Origin: Spirochaetia bacterium
GTDB taxonomy: Bacteria > Spirochaetota > Spirochaetia > UBA9216
DNA length: 64,000 nucleotides
Reading direction: 5' to 3'
Assembly (NCBI GenBank): GCA_963675665.1
Contig: OY776510.1
Location: 384,001 to 448,000, forward strand
Shown: positions 20,228-30,678 of the stretch, piece after piece
Numbering within the stretch: the stretch's first letter is position 1
Layout: each line of letters begins with the position of its first letter
The notes under the pieces: model-generated
What the model was told of the DNA's origin: nothing
The model's input: only the letters and a program-made list of their open reading frames with translations
Databases searched by the model: none
Translations under genes and position numbers: made by a program

Positions 20228-20237
20228 GGATTTTAAA

Positions 20238-21854
20238 TTATTCCTCTGCTTCTGTTAAATATTTTACCAGCGTCCTCTTTACCGCGCCTGCGGCAGAAAT
20301 TAATTCCAGAAACATCTTCTCCACCTTAATTCCCAACCCGTGATCATAAAGATTAATTCCAAAAATATCTTCCCTTGATAAAAGTGCCCTGATCCTTCCG
20401 TCTTTCAGCTCAGTATCACCAAGATTGATACCTGTCAGATATTCGCGCAAACAGTCAATATTCGGATCCGGACTCAGGGTAAACTCTTCACCGTTATCAT
20501 CAACAGCCATAAGATAACGCAGCCAGCCGGCAAAGAATAGCGGTATATATATCAACCCGGATAAGTCTGCTTCACTTTTCCTGATATAAGATTTAAGTGT
20601 TTCTCCGAACCTTATCGGTATTTTTTTCGACGTATCCGAGGCAATTCTCTGCGGGGTATCCGGAAGAAACGGGTTTGGGAACCTTTTTTCAATAACTTCT
20701 TTGATAAAATCAGCAGAATTGATAACGCCTGGCTCTTCCACAACCGGAAGCCCCTCAACATAACCTATCTTTTCTATTAGCCCCTTTAAAACAGGGTCAG
20801 TCATTTCATCCGCAATAGACGTATATCCCAAAAGACAGCCGAAAACAGCAAGAGCCGTATGCAACGGGTTGAGACAGGTGCAGACTTTCATCTTCTCGAT
20901 CTTATCAATAACATCCCTGTTTGAAATAATTATGCCGGCATGCTCAAAAGGCAGGCGACCGTTAGGAAAAACATCCTCGATGGCCAGGTACTCGGCTTCT
21001 TCAGTATTTACAAAAGCTGCAGTATATGTATTTCGGTTCGTTATGATTTCATTAATATCTTCCAGGCCATCTGCTTCAAGGCTACGGCGCACCTGCTCCG
21101 AAGGCCTGGGCGTAATTTTGTCTATCATACTCCAGTTATAAGAAATCAATTTTTTATTATTAAGGTAATCCAAAAACCCGTGATCATATAACCCCAGGGA
21201 TGAACCTCTTTCTGCAACAGATAATATCCCCTCCTTTAAAACCGTTCCGTTATGGCTGAAATTGTCCATACTGACAAGGGCCAGGGGAAACTGTCCGCTT
21301 CTATAGCGTTCATAACACAGGTCTGTTATCATTTGAATTGTATTTTTATATACACCGCCGCGGGCCTTCCAACACTCTTCGATATCAACGGAAATACTAT
21401 CTGTTTTTTCATCTTTTACGGCATAGCCTTTTTCCGTGATTGTCAGTGTAACTATCTGCAATGACGGGTTCCTTATAATCTCAACCAGCCGCCTGTAATC
21501 CGAGCAGGCTTTAAGGCTTTCCGCAACACTGGCTACAATATTTTTTTCTATTTCTCCGGTATTCTTTAAAGTAACTACAACAGAGAGATTGTCATAAGCC
21601 CTGTATGCCTTATCGATCAGCTCTTCATCGAAAGCTTCGCATACAATAATTCCTGTTTTACTTAAATTATTATTCAACAGATTCTGCTGAACAACCGCCG
21701 GGAAAGCTCTGAAAATATTGCCGGCGCCTATATGAAGCCATTCCGGCCGCTCAATAGTATTTTTCCATACTTCTTCAACCGGATATTGCGGCAGGTTGTA
21801 TCCTTTTTCTCTCCAGAAGTCACTGTTCTTCAAACCTTCAACCGATAATTTCAT
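20238..21854 (-). CDS. uxuB: Mannitol dehydrogenase family protein (D-mannonate oxidoreductase, UxuB-like)
   Basis: WLHIGAGNIFRA, TITEKGY, MIDKITPRP, KVCTCLNPLH, DTSKKIPIRF; follows uxuA; start ATG 21854. Confidence 0.8.
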   Translation of the reverse strand: MKLSVEGLKNSDFWREKGYNLPQYPVEEVWKNTIERPEWLHIGAGNIFRAFPAVVQQNLLNNNLSKTGIIVCEAFDEELIDKAYRAYDNLSVVVTLKNTGEIEKNIVASVAESLKACSDYRRLVEIIRNPSLQIVTLTITEKGYAVKDEKTDSISVDIEECWKARGGVYKNTIQMITDLCYERYRSGQFPLALVSMDNFSHNGTVLKEGILSVAERGSSLGLYDHGFLDYLNNKKLISYNWSMIDKITPRPSEQVRRSLEADGLEDINEIITNRNTYTAAFVNTEEAEYLAIEDVFPNGRLPFEHAGIIISNRDVIDKIEKMKVCTCLNPLHTALAVFGCLLGYTSIADEMTDPVLKGLIEKIGYVEGLPVVEEPGVINSADFIKEVIEKRFPNPFLPDTPQRIASDTSKKIPIRFGETLKSYIRKSEADLSGLIYIPLFFAGWLRYLMAVDDNGEEFTLSPDPNIDCLREYLTGINLGDTELKDGRIRALLSREDIFGINLYDHGLGIKVEKMFLELISAAGAVKRTLVKYLTEAEE

Positions 21855-21855
21855 T

Positions 21856-22923
21856 TTAACCAGCCTGTTTCCTGACAGCCTCATACAAACCCAGAAGATA
21901 TTGCGCTCCCAGGGCCCTGTCATACAAACCGTATCCGGGCATGGCTTTCTCTCCCCAGATCGCCCGGCCGTGATCAGGGCGAACAGGACCGTCGAAACCT
22001 GTCTCATGGAAAGCCTTTACGATTTCATACATATCCAGCGAGCCGTCTTCAGACAAATGAGCCGATTCTTCAAATATTCCGGGTCCGGTATGCTTTGTGT
22101 TTCGAATATGAGCAAAATGTATTCTGCCCTTTAACGCTCTTATTATTTCCGGTATATCATTTTCCGGATTCGTACTTAAAGAACCGGTACATAGGGTAAT
22201 ACCATTATAATCACTATTGACCATACCTGTTAAAGACTGTAAATCCGAAAGGTTTTTCACTATTCTCGGCAATCCGAAAACGCTCCATGCAGGATCATCA
22301 ATATGAACAGCCATTTTTACTCCGTACTTTTCACATGTCGGCATAATTCCTTCAAGGAAATATTTCAGATTTTTTCTGATTTTTTCTTCATCTATATCAT
22401 TGTACAGTTCAAACAGCTCTTTTATTTTTGACATCCGCTCCGGCTCCCACCCGGGCATCATAAAGCCATTTGACGATTGATCTATCTGCTTAAACATTTT
22501 ATCCGGATCTATCGAATCAACCTTCAGCTGATCATAGGCGAGAACAGTGGACAAATCATCCCGAACCTTCGCGAGATCAGATCTTACCCAGTCAAACACA
22601 CCCATAAAATTATAACAAACCATATGTATGCCTGAATTTGAAAGCTTTTTCAGGGTATTGTTATACCTTTCAATATGCAGATCCCGCAACTCACTGCCTA
22701 CTTTAATTTCATCCGATATATTTAAACTTTCTATCCCGTATATCTCAAGACCTGAATCTTCAACGGTTTTTTTCAGGGCTTCTATTTCTTCAGAAGGCCA
22801 TTCTTCTCCGGCGGTTCGTCCGTAAAGGGTGGTAATCACCCCTTTAACACCTGGAATTTGTCGGATGTTTTTCAGCGGCACGGAATCGAATCCGGGCCCA
22901 AACCATCGCAAACTCATTAACAT
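21856..22923 (-). CDS. uxuA: Mannonate dehydratase
   Basis: LRWFG, VCYNFM, HIDDP, CTGSL, RPDHGR, PGYGLYDRALG. Confidence 0.95.
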   Translation of the reverse strand: MLMSLRWFGPGFDSVPLKNIRQIPGVKGVITTLYGRTAGEEWPSEEIEALKKTVEDSGLEIYGIESLNISDEIKVGSELRDLHIERYNNTLKKLSNSGIHMVCYNFMGVFDWVRSDLAKVRDDLSTVLAYDQLKVDSIDPDKMFKQIDQSSNGFMMPGWEPERMSKIKELFELYNDIDEEKIRKNLKYFLEGIMPTCEKYGVKMAVHIDDPAWSVFGLPRIVKNLSDLQSLTGMVNSDYNGITLCTGSLSTNPENDIPEIIRALKGRIHFAHIRNTKHTGPGIFEESAHLSEDGSLDMYEIVKAFHETGFDGPVRPDHGRAIWGEKAMPGYGLYDRALGAQYLLGLYEAVRKQAG

Positions 22924-22978
22924 ATACCTATCTCCTTAATCTCAAAATAATTAGAGATATTATTCAATATTCGAAAAT

Positions 22979-24265
22979 CTAACCAAAAATTAAATTCGGC
23001 AAAAAAAGAACAAGGTCCTTAAAAAATACACATATTCCTACCACTGCCAGTATTGCTATAACAAACGGAATAGTCTCGCGTGAAGTTTCTTCCGGAGTAC
23101 ACCCCATTATGCTTGAAGTAGTATAAACGGCAATTCCGACAGGCGGCGTCATTATTCCCATTGTTACAATTGTCATCATTATTATTCCGAACTGCACTGG
23201 ATCAATACCTGCCTTTGTAACAACCGGCAGTAATATGGGAGTCAGCAGCAACGCTACAACTGTTGTCTCTACAAACATCCCGCTGAATGTCAGCAACAGT
23301 ATTATTATAAAAAGCAGCAGATACTGGTTGGATGTAACGCCTATCAGAAATTCAGCCATTACCTGCGGTATGCGGTCATATACTATTCCGTATCCGAAAA
23401 TCCCGGATAAAGCAACAATAATCATTATTATCCCGATATCCCGGATGCTGTTTTTTACCGTTTCAATGAAAGCCTGCCATGTAAGCTCTTTGTAAACAAA
23501 GACCCCGATAACAATCGCATATACAGCAGCAAATGCCCCGGATTCCGACGGTGTCATAATCCCGATTCTTATTCCGACAAGCAGGATGACAGGAAACATC
23601 AGGGCCCAGATGCTGTTAACAATCGCTGAAAGCGTTTCTTTCACTGTAGGCTTTTCCACTTTTTCAGGCAAATACTTTTTCCTGCCCGCCGTTATACGGA
23701 TGGTTATCATCAGGGCCGCCATCATCAGCAATCCGGGCACAATTCCCGCTGCAAACAGCCTTCCTATTGAAACTTCTCCTACTGAACCGTAGATAATCAA
23801 TCCCATACTGGGAGGAATTGTCGCCGTTATAAGCGCTGTGCAGCCGTTAACTGCCGCGGAATAACCCTTTTTGTACCCGCGTTTTGTCATATCGGGACCT
23901 AAAATCCTGCACTCCATGGCAGCATCCGCATTTGCTGAACCTGAAACTCCTCCCATCAGGGTTGAGAGTATGCATGACACCTGGGCCAGATTGCCGTACA
24001 TATGACCGGTCAGGATATTCGAAAGCTTTATCAGCCTTTTCGTAATCCCGGTATTATTCATCAGGTTCCCGGCAAATATAAAAAGCGGTATGGCAAGCAG
24101 AGTAAAACTCTGAGTGGAGCTGACTACCTTCTGCACAATTATTGAAGGTGGCAGATCCGGGGTTGTAAAGAAAAAGATGGCGCCTGAAATACCGATTGCG
24201 AAAGCCACAGGCATACCCAGGAAAAGTAAAAGAATAAAAACCAGTACAACTATACCCATCAGCAC
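22979..24265 (-). CDS. TRAP transporter large permease (DctM)
   Basis: LLAIPLFIFAG, SGSANADAA, IPPSMGLIIY, TPPVG. Confidence 0.93.
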   Translation of the reverse strand: MLMGIVVLVFILLLFLGMPVAFAIGISGAIFFFTTPDLPPSIIVQKVVSSTQSFTLLAIPLFIFAGNLMNNTGITKRLIKLSNILTGHMYGNLAQVSCILSTLMGGVSGSANADAAMECRILGPDMTKRGYKKGYSAAVNGCTALITATIPPSMGLIIYGSVGEVSIGRLFAAGIVPGLLMMAALMITIRITAGRKKYLPEKVEKPTVKETLSAIVNSIWALMFPVILLVGIRIGIMTPSESGAFAAVYAIVIGVFVYKELTWQAFIETVKNSIRDIGIIMIIVALSGIFGYGIVYDRIPQVMAEFLIGVTSNQYLLLFIIILLLTFSGMFVETTVVALLLTPILLPVVTKAGIDPVQFGIIMMTIVTMGIMTPPVGIAVYTTSSIMGCTPEETSRETIPFVIAILAVVGICVFFKDLVLFLPNLIFG

Positions 24266-24738
24266 GTCACCCTAATATTAGTCATTTTAACCTTACGTAC
24301 AAGCTTTAAAATTATCGTCAGAATCATCAGGCATGAACCGACCGGAACACTTATGGCTGCCCAGGAATAGCTGATACCCAACGCCTGAAAAAGCCTTTTA
24401 TAATTCTCAATAGTCAGGGGGATTCCAAACCTGATTAATATGGCCAGGAATCCGACAATTACGATGTTCCAGATATAATAAAATGATAACTGAGCTTTGT
24501 TTGAAAGTTTTTTAATAAACATATCGACATTTACATAATCTGCCTTTCTGAGAGCAACATCAGCACCCAGAAAGACTACCCATGCAAACAGAAGCAATGA
24601 AACATCCTGTGCCCAGTTCAAGGGGTGTGATACAGCCCTGGCAAGAGCGGACAGAAAGACGAGAGCTACTATTATGCACAGGAATATTCCGGTAACAAGC
24701 TCTTCAACCCTGCAGAATGCTTCATAAAACTTCTTCAT
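24259..24738 (-). CDS. TRAP transporter small permease (DctQ)
   Basis: Four TM segments, WAQDVS..WVVFLGA; lies between DctP and DctM. Confidence 0.9.
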   Translation of the reverse strand: MKKFYEAFCRVEELVTGIFLCIIVALVFLSALARAVSHPLNWAQDVSLLLFAWVVFLGADVALRKADYVNVDMFIKKLSNKAQLSFYYIWNIVIVGFLAILIRFGIPLTIENYKRLFQALGISYSWAAISVPVGSCLMILTIILKLVRKVKMTNIRVTC

Positions 24739-24753
24739 TGATAAAATCCTTAT

Positions 24754-25755
24754 TTATTTTCCAATCTCATTAAAAATTTGTTTTCTCAGCTCAAGAAATC
24801 CAAGTTCCTTATAAGCGGCTTCGGAAGCTGCTTTAAAAGCTGCTCTGTCCGCATCAACGACAACCATTCCCTCATCAACCATTTTCTGTTCAAATTCATC
24901 TCCCAGAGATTCGACGAGTCTGGCGTTACTTGTTGCAGCTTTTTTACACTCCTCGACAAGTATTGTCTGGTATTCTTCCGGAAGTGTTTTAAACCATTTC
25001 TCACCTACAATAATACCATTTACCAGCTGGAAATGAGCCGTTTTATTTATATATTTCAGTACTTCGTATATTCTTAATCCGTAAGAAGCTGTATGCTGGG
25101 CCTCACAACCGTCTACAGCTTTCGACTGTACACCGTTATATGTATCGGTCCAGCCCATGGCTACAGGTGTAGCGCCCATGGATGCAACAGATTTGGACCA
25201 TACCGGAGCGCCCGGGGTTCTTATTCTAACCCCGCTCAGATCCGCGGGAGATTTTACAGGTTTGTTTGTCAGGAAGTGTCTTGCTCCGTCATACCAGTTA
25301 AAACTGAGCACCCTGATATTATTCTGGCCGGAAAGTTCGTCAACCCAGGCAGAGAATGTATTTGTTTCGGTGATGGCCAAAACATCATCATAATTATCAG
25401 CAATATAGGGCATGCCGATAATTCCGATATCTTTAACATAATTGGACATTCTGCCGCCGTCAGTAAGAACCGCAACGTTTACACCCTGAATGGCCTGCTC
25501 GATAACATCTTCGTCACTGCCGAGCTGAGCGGAAGGATAAACTTCAATTTTAAGTTTACCTTCAGTCCGTTCACTGACCTTTTCAGCCCAGTCCTTAAAA
25601 CCGCTTACCATAGGACTTGATTCATTCAACTGAGTCGACATCTTCAGCGTATAAACCTTATCCCCCGAATCTTCCTGGGTGCCTGAAGCAAATACCATAC
25701 TGACAGAAATACTAATCATTACTATCAGTATTAGAGCTGTTTTTCTTTTTATCAT
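24754..25755 (-). CDS. TRAP transporter substrate-binding protein (DctP)
   Basis: Signal peptide VFASGTQE; VYPSAQLGS, ADLSGVRIRTP. Confidence 0.92.
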   Translation of the reverse strand: MIKRKTALILIVMISISVSMVFASGTQEDSGDKVYTLKMSTQLNESSPMVSGFKDWAEKVSERTEGKLKIEVYPSAQLGSDEDVIEQAIQGVNVAVLTDGGRMSNYVKDIGIIGMPYIADNYDDVLAITETNTFSAWVDELSGQNNIRVLSFNWYDGARHFLTNKPVKSPADLSGVRIRTPGAPVWSKSVASMGATPVAMGWTDTYNGVQSKAVDGCEAQHTASYGLRIYEVLKYINKTAHFQLVNGIIVGEKWFKTLPEEYQTILVEECKKAATSNARLVESLGDEFEQKMVDEGMVVVDADRAAFKAASEAAYKELGFLELRKQIFNEIGK

Positions 25756-25782
25756 CTTCCTCTCCTTTAAAATTTATAATTA

Positions 25783-25813
25783 ACATGCTACCATACAAGT
25801 GTACATGTGTCAA
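25783..25813 (-). promoter_or_regulatory. dctP promoter with GntR/FadR-type operator
   Basis: TTGACA-17bp-TAGCAT; overlapping ACTTGTATGGTAGCATGT resembles FadR-subfamily boxes. Confidence 0.6.
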
Positions 25814-25906
25814 ACTTTTTTTATCTTCAGCACGAAAGAAAAACCCCGACTTGATTTTTAAGAACTTACATACTAAAGTACTACAATATCACTCTTGGAG
25901 AACAGA

Positions 25907-26614
25907 ATGCGGGCAAAAAAAGCTTCATCAATAAGTAATACTGTTTACGATCTGCTTTATAAGAATATCGTAAACCTAAATCTGCCGCCGGGAACAACAA
26001 TAAGCGAAAAAGAAATTGCTGAAAAACTGAACGTCAGCAGGACCCCGGTCCGTGAAGCGTTCATAAAACTCTCACAGGAAGCTCTGGTAAATATAATACC
26101 GCAGAAAGGCACAATCGTTTCAAGAATTGATCTTGCAAGGGTACAGGAAGAACGTTTCCTGCGAGAATCTCTGGAATTTTCCGTTGTCGATTTATTTGTT
26201 AAATCAAAAACTGATTCGGGCCTGTTAAAGATGAATCAAATGATAGATAAACAGAAAAAAGCTCTTAAAAATCTGGAAATACTTGAATTCATCAATTATG
26301 ACGATGAATTTCACAGGATCATGTTTGAAGAAACAAACAAACTTCTCTGCTATAATCTAATTAAAAGTTTCTCAAGTCATTACAGAAGAATTCGGTATTT
26401 ATCCTTAAAAATTGAGAATATTCCTGCAAACGTAATCAGTCAGCACGAAGATCTGGTTCAGGCGCTGAAAGAAAATAATTCAGCCAAAGCGCAAAGTATA
26501 CTGAGAAAACATATCCAGAAACTGATTTTTGAAAAAGAAGAAATCTTTACCGTCTACCCTGACTATTTTCAGAAAGAAGAGGATAATATTGATGACTACA
26601 CGTTTATCAGCTAA
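25907..26614 (+). CDS. GntR family regulator (FCD domain)
   Basis: wHTH VSRTPVREAF; DDEFH and QHEDL; divergent from TRAP-uxu operon; ATG 25907 after GGAG (TTG 25895 is an alternative start). Confidence 0.92.
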   Translation: MRAKKASSISNTVYDLLYKNIVNLNLPPGTTISEKEIAEKLNVSRTPVREAFIKLSQEALVNIIPQKGTIVSRIDLARVQEERFLRESLEFSVVDLFVKSKTDSGLLKMNQMIDKQKKALKNLEILEFINYDDEFHRIMFEETNKLLCYNLIKSFSSHYRRIRYLSLKIENIPANVISQHEDLVQALKENNSAKAQSILRKHIQKLIFEKEEIFTVYPDYFQKEEDNIDDYTFIS

Positions 26615-26619
26615 CAGCC

Positions 26620-27212
26620 CATAAGATTCAATGTTTCGCTGATGATTTCTCTGGATCTTGGGGTATCATCCTTGCAGTCAAACAGGCAGGGACCTTCCGG
26701 ATATTTTATTGCGGTAAGCTACGCTCCAGCCTTTTCCGCACGCTTGTTGAACCTTTCCATATTATCTACAATCTTTAAGATCAGGATTTCAAGCGCATGA
26801 TTAGGGTTCTGCAGCTTATAAGCAACAGAGATTATTCCGGCTCCCGCTATTGTCTGTCCCCTCTGGATATACGGGTTGTTATCCTTCAGAGCCTGCCATA
26901 CCAGTTTTGCGCATGGGCGTTTGTATCGCCGGCGAAAAGGATAACAACGCCTTTGGCTTCATTAATATCTTTTTCCGGCGGATAATCGATATCGGCAATT
27001 TTACAGGAATTATAATCCAGCCGCGCAACCTTCACTTCTGAAATCCCGGAGCGATAATTAAATTTCCGGAACCTATGCCTCCTTTTGCAGTCCTCTCGGC
27101 AAAATGTTCGTTCTATGAGAGAAGTTCCTTTTCTATATCAATTGTCGTTTGAGCGGCGGCAGGAAAAGATAGAATTATTATCACAGAAATAAAAAAAACG
27201 TTTTTCCCTCAT
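26620..27212 (-). pseudogene. Degraded gene for a secreted protein (possibly an alpha/beta hydrolase)
   Basis: AGGAG + ATG 27212; a one-base shift restores signal peptide MRKNVFFISVIIILSFPAAAQ; later fragment KIADIDYPPEKDINEAKGVVILFAGD ends in TGA. Left boundary uncertain. Confidence 0.45.
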
Positions 27213-27270
27213 TGCAGCTCCTGATTATTATTGTTCATCAGCCTTACCACGAGAAAATTTTAAAGGATTT

Positions 27271-27741
27271 TCAGGGAACAATCCTGTATTCCATCGGAAA
27301 GAAGATTATACCGTCCTTCTGCTGCCGCTCATCAGTCTGAACAAATCCCAACCTTTTATATACGGGCAATGCAAACGGTGATGAAAAAACCGAGACAACC
27401 TCAGATTCCGGATATTCTTTTTTGATTTCTTCCAGGGAAAAGTCGAACATCATACGCCCTATACCTCTGCCGTGGAACTGCTTTTTCACAAAAAAGGTTG
27501 AAAGGTGAGTTTTATCACGAAAGGCACAGACTCCTGCCATAATTCCGTCGGCCCTTGCGCAAAGAGTGAGCGCGCCGTCATTCATTCGTTTCGAAACAGC
27601 CTCTTTGGTCAGAAAAGTGTAAAAATGTTCATTCCCCTCTTCGGGATAATCCGGGGCGACAAACTCGTCATAGACTTCCCGTACGAGAAGACAAAAATCA
27701 GGGATTTCGTTTTCAGTCAGTTTGCTTATTTTTATATCCAT
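27271..27741 (-). CDS. GNAT family N-acetyltransferase
   Basis: FFVKKQFHGRGIG acetyl-CoA motif; SSPFALPVYKRLGF. Confidence 0.9.
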   Translation of the reverse strand: MDIKISKLTENEIPDFCLLVREVYDEFVAPDYPEEGNEHFYTFLTKEAVSKRMNDGALTLCARADGIMAGVCAFRDKTHLSTFFVKKQFHGRGIGRMMFDFSLEEIKKEYPESEVVSVFSSPFALPVYKRLGFVQTDERQQKDGIIFFPMEYRIVP

Positions 27742-27800
27742 ACATCAGAATAAAAAAAATTACGGATTAAAACAAGGTTATCTAAAAACCGTGCCATATT

Positions 27801-27836
27801 AAAATAAAAAAGCCTTCCCTGAATACAAAGAAGGCT
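27801..27836 (-). terminator. Terminator closing the long minus-strand cluster
   Basis: Minus strand AGCCTTC-N12-GAAGGCT followed by TTTTATTTT. Confidence 0.7.
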
Positions 27837-27855
27837 CCGTTTGATATGACGGATA

Positions 27856-28236
27856 TTATTCTTTTATCGCTATTGCTTCAATCTCAACCAGAGCGTCTTT
27901 GGGCAGTCTTGCCACTTCGACAGCGCTTCTTGCCGGAAAATCTGCAGAAAAGTATTTTGCATAAACTTCATTCATCTTATTGAAATCTTTCATACTGTTG
28001 AGAAAAACTGTAGTCTTTAGAACCTTTCCAAGGCTGCTGTTCTGACTCTCAAGCACAGCTTTCAGGTTCTCCAGGGCCTGCCCGGTCTGCTTTTCAACTG
28101 TTTCGGGCATTTTGCCGGTCTCTGCATCAATGCCTATCTGGCCCGATGTAAAAACCAGCTTTTCAAATGATGCAGCTACAGAATAGGGACCGATTGGTTC
28201 AGGTATCGATTTCCCGCTGTTTATTTCCATACTCAT
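27856..28236 (-). CDS. ridA: RidA family enamine/imine deaminase
   Basis: IGPYS, TSGQI, FPARSAVEVARLPKDALVEIE (catalytic Arg present). Confidence 0.92.
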   Translation of the reverse strand: MSMEINSGKSIPEPIGPYSVAASFEKLVFTSGQIGIDAETGKMPETVEKQTGQALENLKAVLESQNSSLGKVLKTTVFLNSMKDFNKMNEVYAKYFSADFPARSAVEVARLPKDALVEIEAIAIKE

Positions 28237-28262
28237 TTTTCTTCCTCCAAGTTATTAATCAG

Positions 28263-29192
28263 CTACCCGCATTTTGACAGAATAGATTCCCATCTTTTAT
28301 CAACTTCATTTTGAATATCCTGCAGCAAATGCTGATTCTCTTTTTCAAATAGATGCTTAAACCTTCCCTGAGGTTTTAAGAAATCTTCAACCGGAAGTTT
28401 CTTTTTCGGTTCATAGGTAAGCTTCCACTTTCCCTCATCCACTTCAAACATCGGCCAGTAACAGGTATCGGCAGCGAGCCTGCACATCTTCATCATATCT
28501 GCCGTTTCGTACCGCCAGCCTCTGGGACATGGCGCCAGCACATTCAGGAAAGCCGCTCCCTTTTTATATATCGCCTTTTCAGCCTTTTCGTGAATGTCTT
28601 TGAAATTTGTGAGAAAAGTGGTCTGGGCAACATAAGGTATATTATGGGCGGCAATAACGTCGGTCAGTTCCTTCCGGTTCTGAATCTTGCCGCTGCTTTC
28701 CGATCCGACGGGCGTTGTGGTCGTATCAGCATATTGCGGCGTAGCCGACGACCGCTGAATTCCGGTGTTCATATAAGCGCCGTTGTCATAGCAGACATAA
28801 ACCATATCATGATTTCTTTCCATCGCGCCTGAAAGCGACTGGAACCCGATATCATATGTACCTCCGTCGCCTCCGAACGTAATGAATTTGAAATCCTTTT
28901 TAATCCTTCCCCGTCTTTTCAGGGCATTATATGCACCTTCTACCCCGCTTACTGTTGCTGCAGCGTTTTCGAACGCATTATGTATGAAAGAATCTTTCCA
29001 GGATGTATACGGGTACATGAATGTCGACACCTCAAGACACCCTGTGGCACAGCCTATTACTGCCTTGTCTTCGGATTGAACACTTCTTAAAACAGCCCGG
29101 ACGGCAACGGGCGCTCCGCAACCCGCACACATTCGGTGTCCGCCGGCAAGCCTGTCCGGCTTCTGCACAATTTCTTTAAAATTATATGACAT
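28263..29192 (-). CDS. porB: 2-oxoacid:ferredoxin oxidoreductase beta subunit
   Basis: CAGCG, GGDGGTYDIG TPP motif, YMNTGIQRS, PCPRGW. Confidence 0.9.
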   Translation of the reverse strand: MSYNFKEIVQKPDRLAGGHRMCAGCGAPVAVRAVLRSVQSEDKAVIGCATGCLEVSTFMYPYTSWKDSFIHNAFENAAATVSGVEGAYNALKRRGRIKKDFKFITFGGDGGTYDIGFQSLSGAMERNHDMVYVCYDNGAYMNTGIQRSSATPQYADTTTTPVGSESSGKIQNRKELTDVIAAHNIPYVAQTTFLTNFKDIHEKAEKAIYKKGAAFLNVLAPCPRGWRYETADMMKMCRLAADTCYWPMFEVDEGKWKLTYEPKKKLPVEDFLKPQGRFKHLFEKENQHLLQDIQNEVDKRWESILSKCG

Positions 29193-29194
29193 AA

Positions 29195-30376
29195 TTATTC
29201 TCTTACCCCCAGATACCTGAATATTCCGGCAGAATCATCACCTTCAGCAACATCTTCAAGCTCGTTATAAACCTGTCTGATATCATCCGTCCTGACGTCC
29301 CTTCCCCCGAGGCCGTAAACATAGCTGACTACCTTCACAGAGGTTCCGTGTCCGTACAGCGCTGAACGAATCTCGGCGAAAAGCGGCCCGCCGCAGCCGG
29401 ACATACCGTCGCTTTTATCAAGAACTGCAATTGCCTTCAGCCCGCCGAGAGCTTCTTTAATCTCGTCAAACGGAAACGGCCGGAAGACCCTGATCTTCAG
29501 AAGCCCTGCTTTAACCCCGTTTGAACGAAGTTCATCTACAACTGTCTTTGCAGTTCCGGCGGACGAATTGATAACAACAATACCTATTTCTGCATCATTC
29601 AGCTTATATTCCTCAAAGAACCCGTATTCGCGCCCCGTAAGTTTCCGGTACTCTTCGGCTACATCGAGAATTACCTTTCTGGCGTTCAGCATTGCCTGAA
29701 GCTGCTGCCTTTTGCTTTCCATGTAATATGCTGATGTAGCATACGGTCCCAGCGACAAATGAGAATCTTCCGACAAAAGATGGTTTTCAGGGTTATAAGT
29801 TCCTACAAACCCGCTGACTTTTTCATCTTCCAGCAGTTCGATATTTTCCACTGCATGACTTGTGATAAACCCGTCCTGACAAACCATAACCGGAAGCTGA
29901 ACATCAGGATGCTCACCAATCCGCACCGCCTGAATAAGATTATCGTATGCCTCCTGGTTGTCCTCGGAGTAAATCTGAATCCATCCGGCATCTCTTGCGC
30001 CCATTGAATCGCTGTGATCAGCATTAATGTTTATCGGTCCGGAAAGCGCCCTGTTAACACAAGCCATTGTTATCGGAAGTTTCAGCGACGATGCGATATA
30101 AAGCATTTCCCACATCAAAGCCAGCCCGCATGATGAGGTAGCCGTCATCGTTCTGGCTCCGGCTGCCTGCGAGCCGATACACGCGGACATCGCGCTGTGT
30201 TCGGATTCCACGGGAATAAATTCGGTATCTACCAGCCCTCCAGAAACATAGGACGAATAATACTGCGGGATCTCGGTAGAAGGGGTGATTGGAAAAGCCG
30301 GTAAAACATCCGGGTTTATCTGCCTCATGGCAGTTGCGGCAGCCTCATTGCCCGACATTCGCTCATAAACACTCAT
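29195..30376 (-). CDS. porA: 2-oxoacid:ferredoxin oxidoreductase alpha subunit
   Basis: FPITPST, VESEHSAMSA, RALSGPINI; start ATG 30376. Confidence 0.9.
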   Translation of the reverse strand: MSVYERMSGNEAAATAMRQINPDVLPAFPITPSTEIPQYYSSYVSGGLVDTEFIPVESEHSAMSACIGSQAAGARTMTATSSCGLALMWEMLYIASSLKLPITMACVNRALSGPININADHSDSMGARDAGWIQIYSEDNQEAYDNLIQAVRIGEHPDVQLPVMVCQDGFITSHAVENIELLEDEKVSGFVGTYNPENHLLSEDSHLSLGPYATSAYYMESKRQQLQAMLNARKVILDVAEEYRKLTGREYGFFEEYKLNDAEIGIVVINSSAGTAKTVVDELRSNGVKAGLLKIRVFRPFPFDEIKEALGGLKAIAVLDKSDGMSGCGGPLFAEIRSALYGHGTSVKVVSYVYGLGGRDVRTDDIRQVYNELEDVAEGDDSAGIFRYLGVRE

Positions 30377-30678
30377 CAGTTGCCCTCCTTTTCCATCTTC
30401 AGGGCAGAGAACGAACATGCCTGCACACAAATTCCGCAGCCCTTGCATAAATTGAAATTAAACTGCAGTTTATCACCGTCGGCGGTTATCACTGAATCAG
30501 GACACACCGGGATGCATAAATAACAGCTTCTGCATTTACCAGGGTCAAGCTTTGGTTTAAGGCTGCTCCAGTCGCCCGTCCTGAAGTATTCCGAATTTCC
30601 GGCGGAATAAATCGCGCCGCCCGGCGTTATTTCTTTCCAGGAAACATCGGGTTTTATAATATTATTATCCGAACTCAT
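30376..30678 (-). CDS. porD: 2-oxoacid:ferredoxin oxidoreductase delta subunit (2x[4Fe-4S])
   Basis: TGDW, CRSCYLCIPVCP, CKGCGICVQAC. Confidence 0.9.
   Translation of the reverse strand: MSSDNNIIKPDVSWKEITPGGAIYSAGNSEYFRTGDWSSLKPKLDPGKCRSCYLCIPVCPDSVITADGDKLQFNFNLCKGCGICVQACSFSALKMEKEGN

Noticed and set aside
21855-22007. Long N-terminal extensions in the ORF track (uxuB; also porA, pdp, TPR, TraB, DtxR, 58204 start)
   Set aside because: They overlap upstream genes, a terminator or the IS end; downstream ATGs fit SD positions or family N-termini better.
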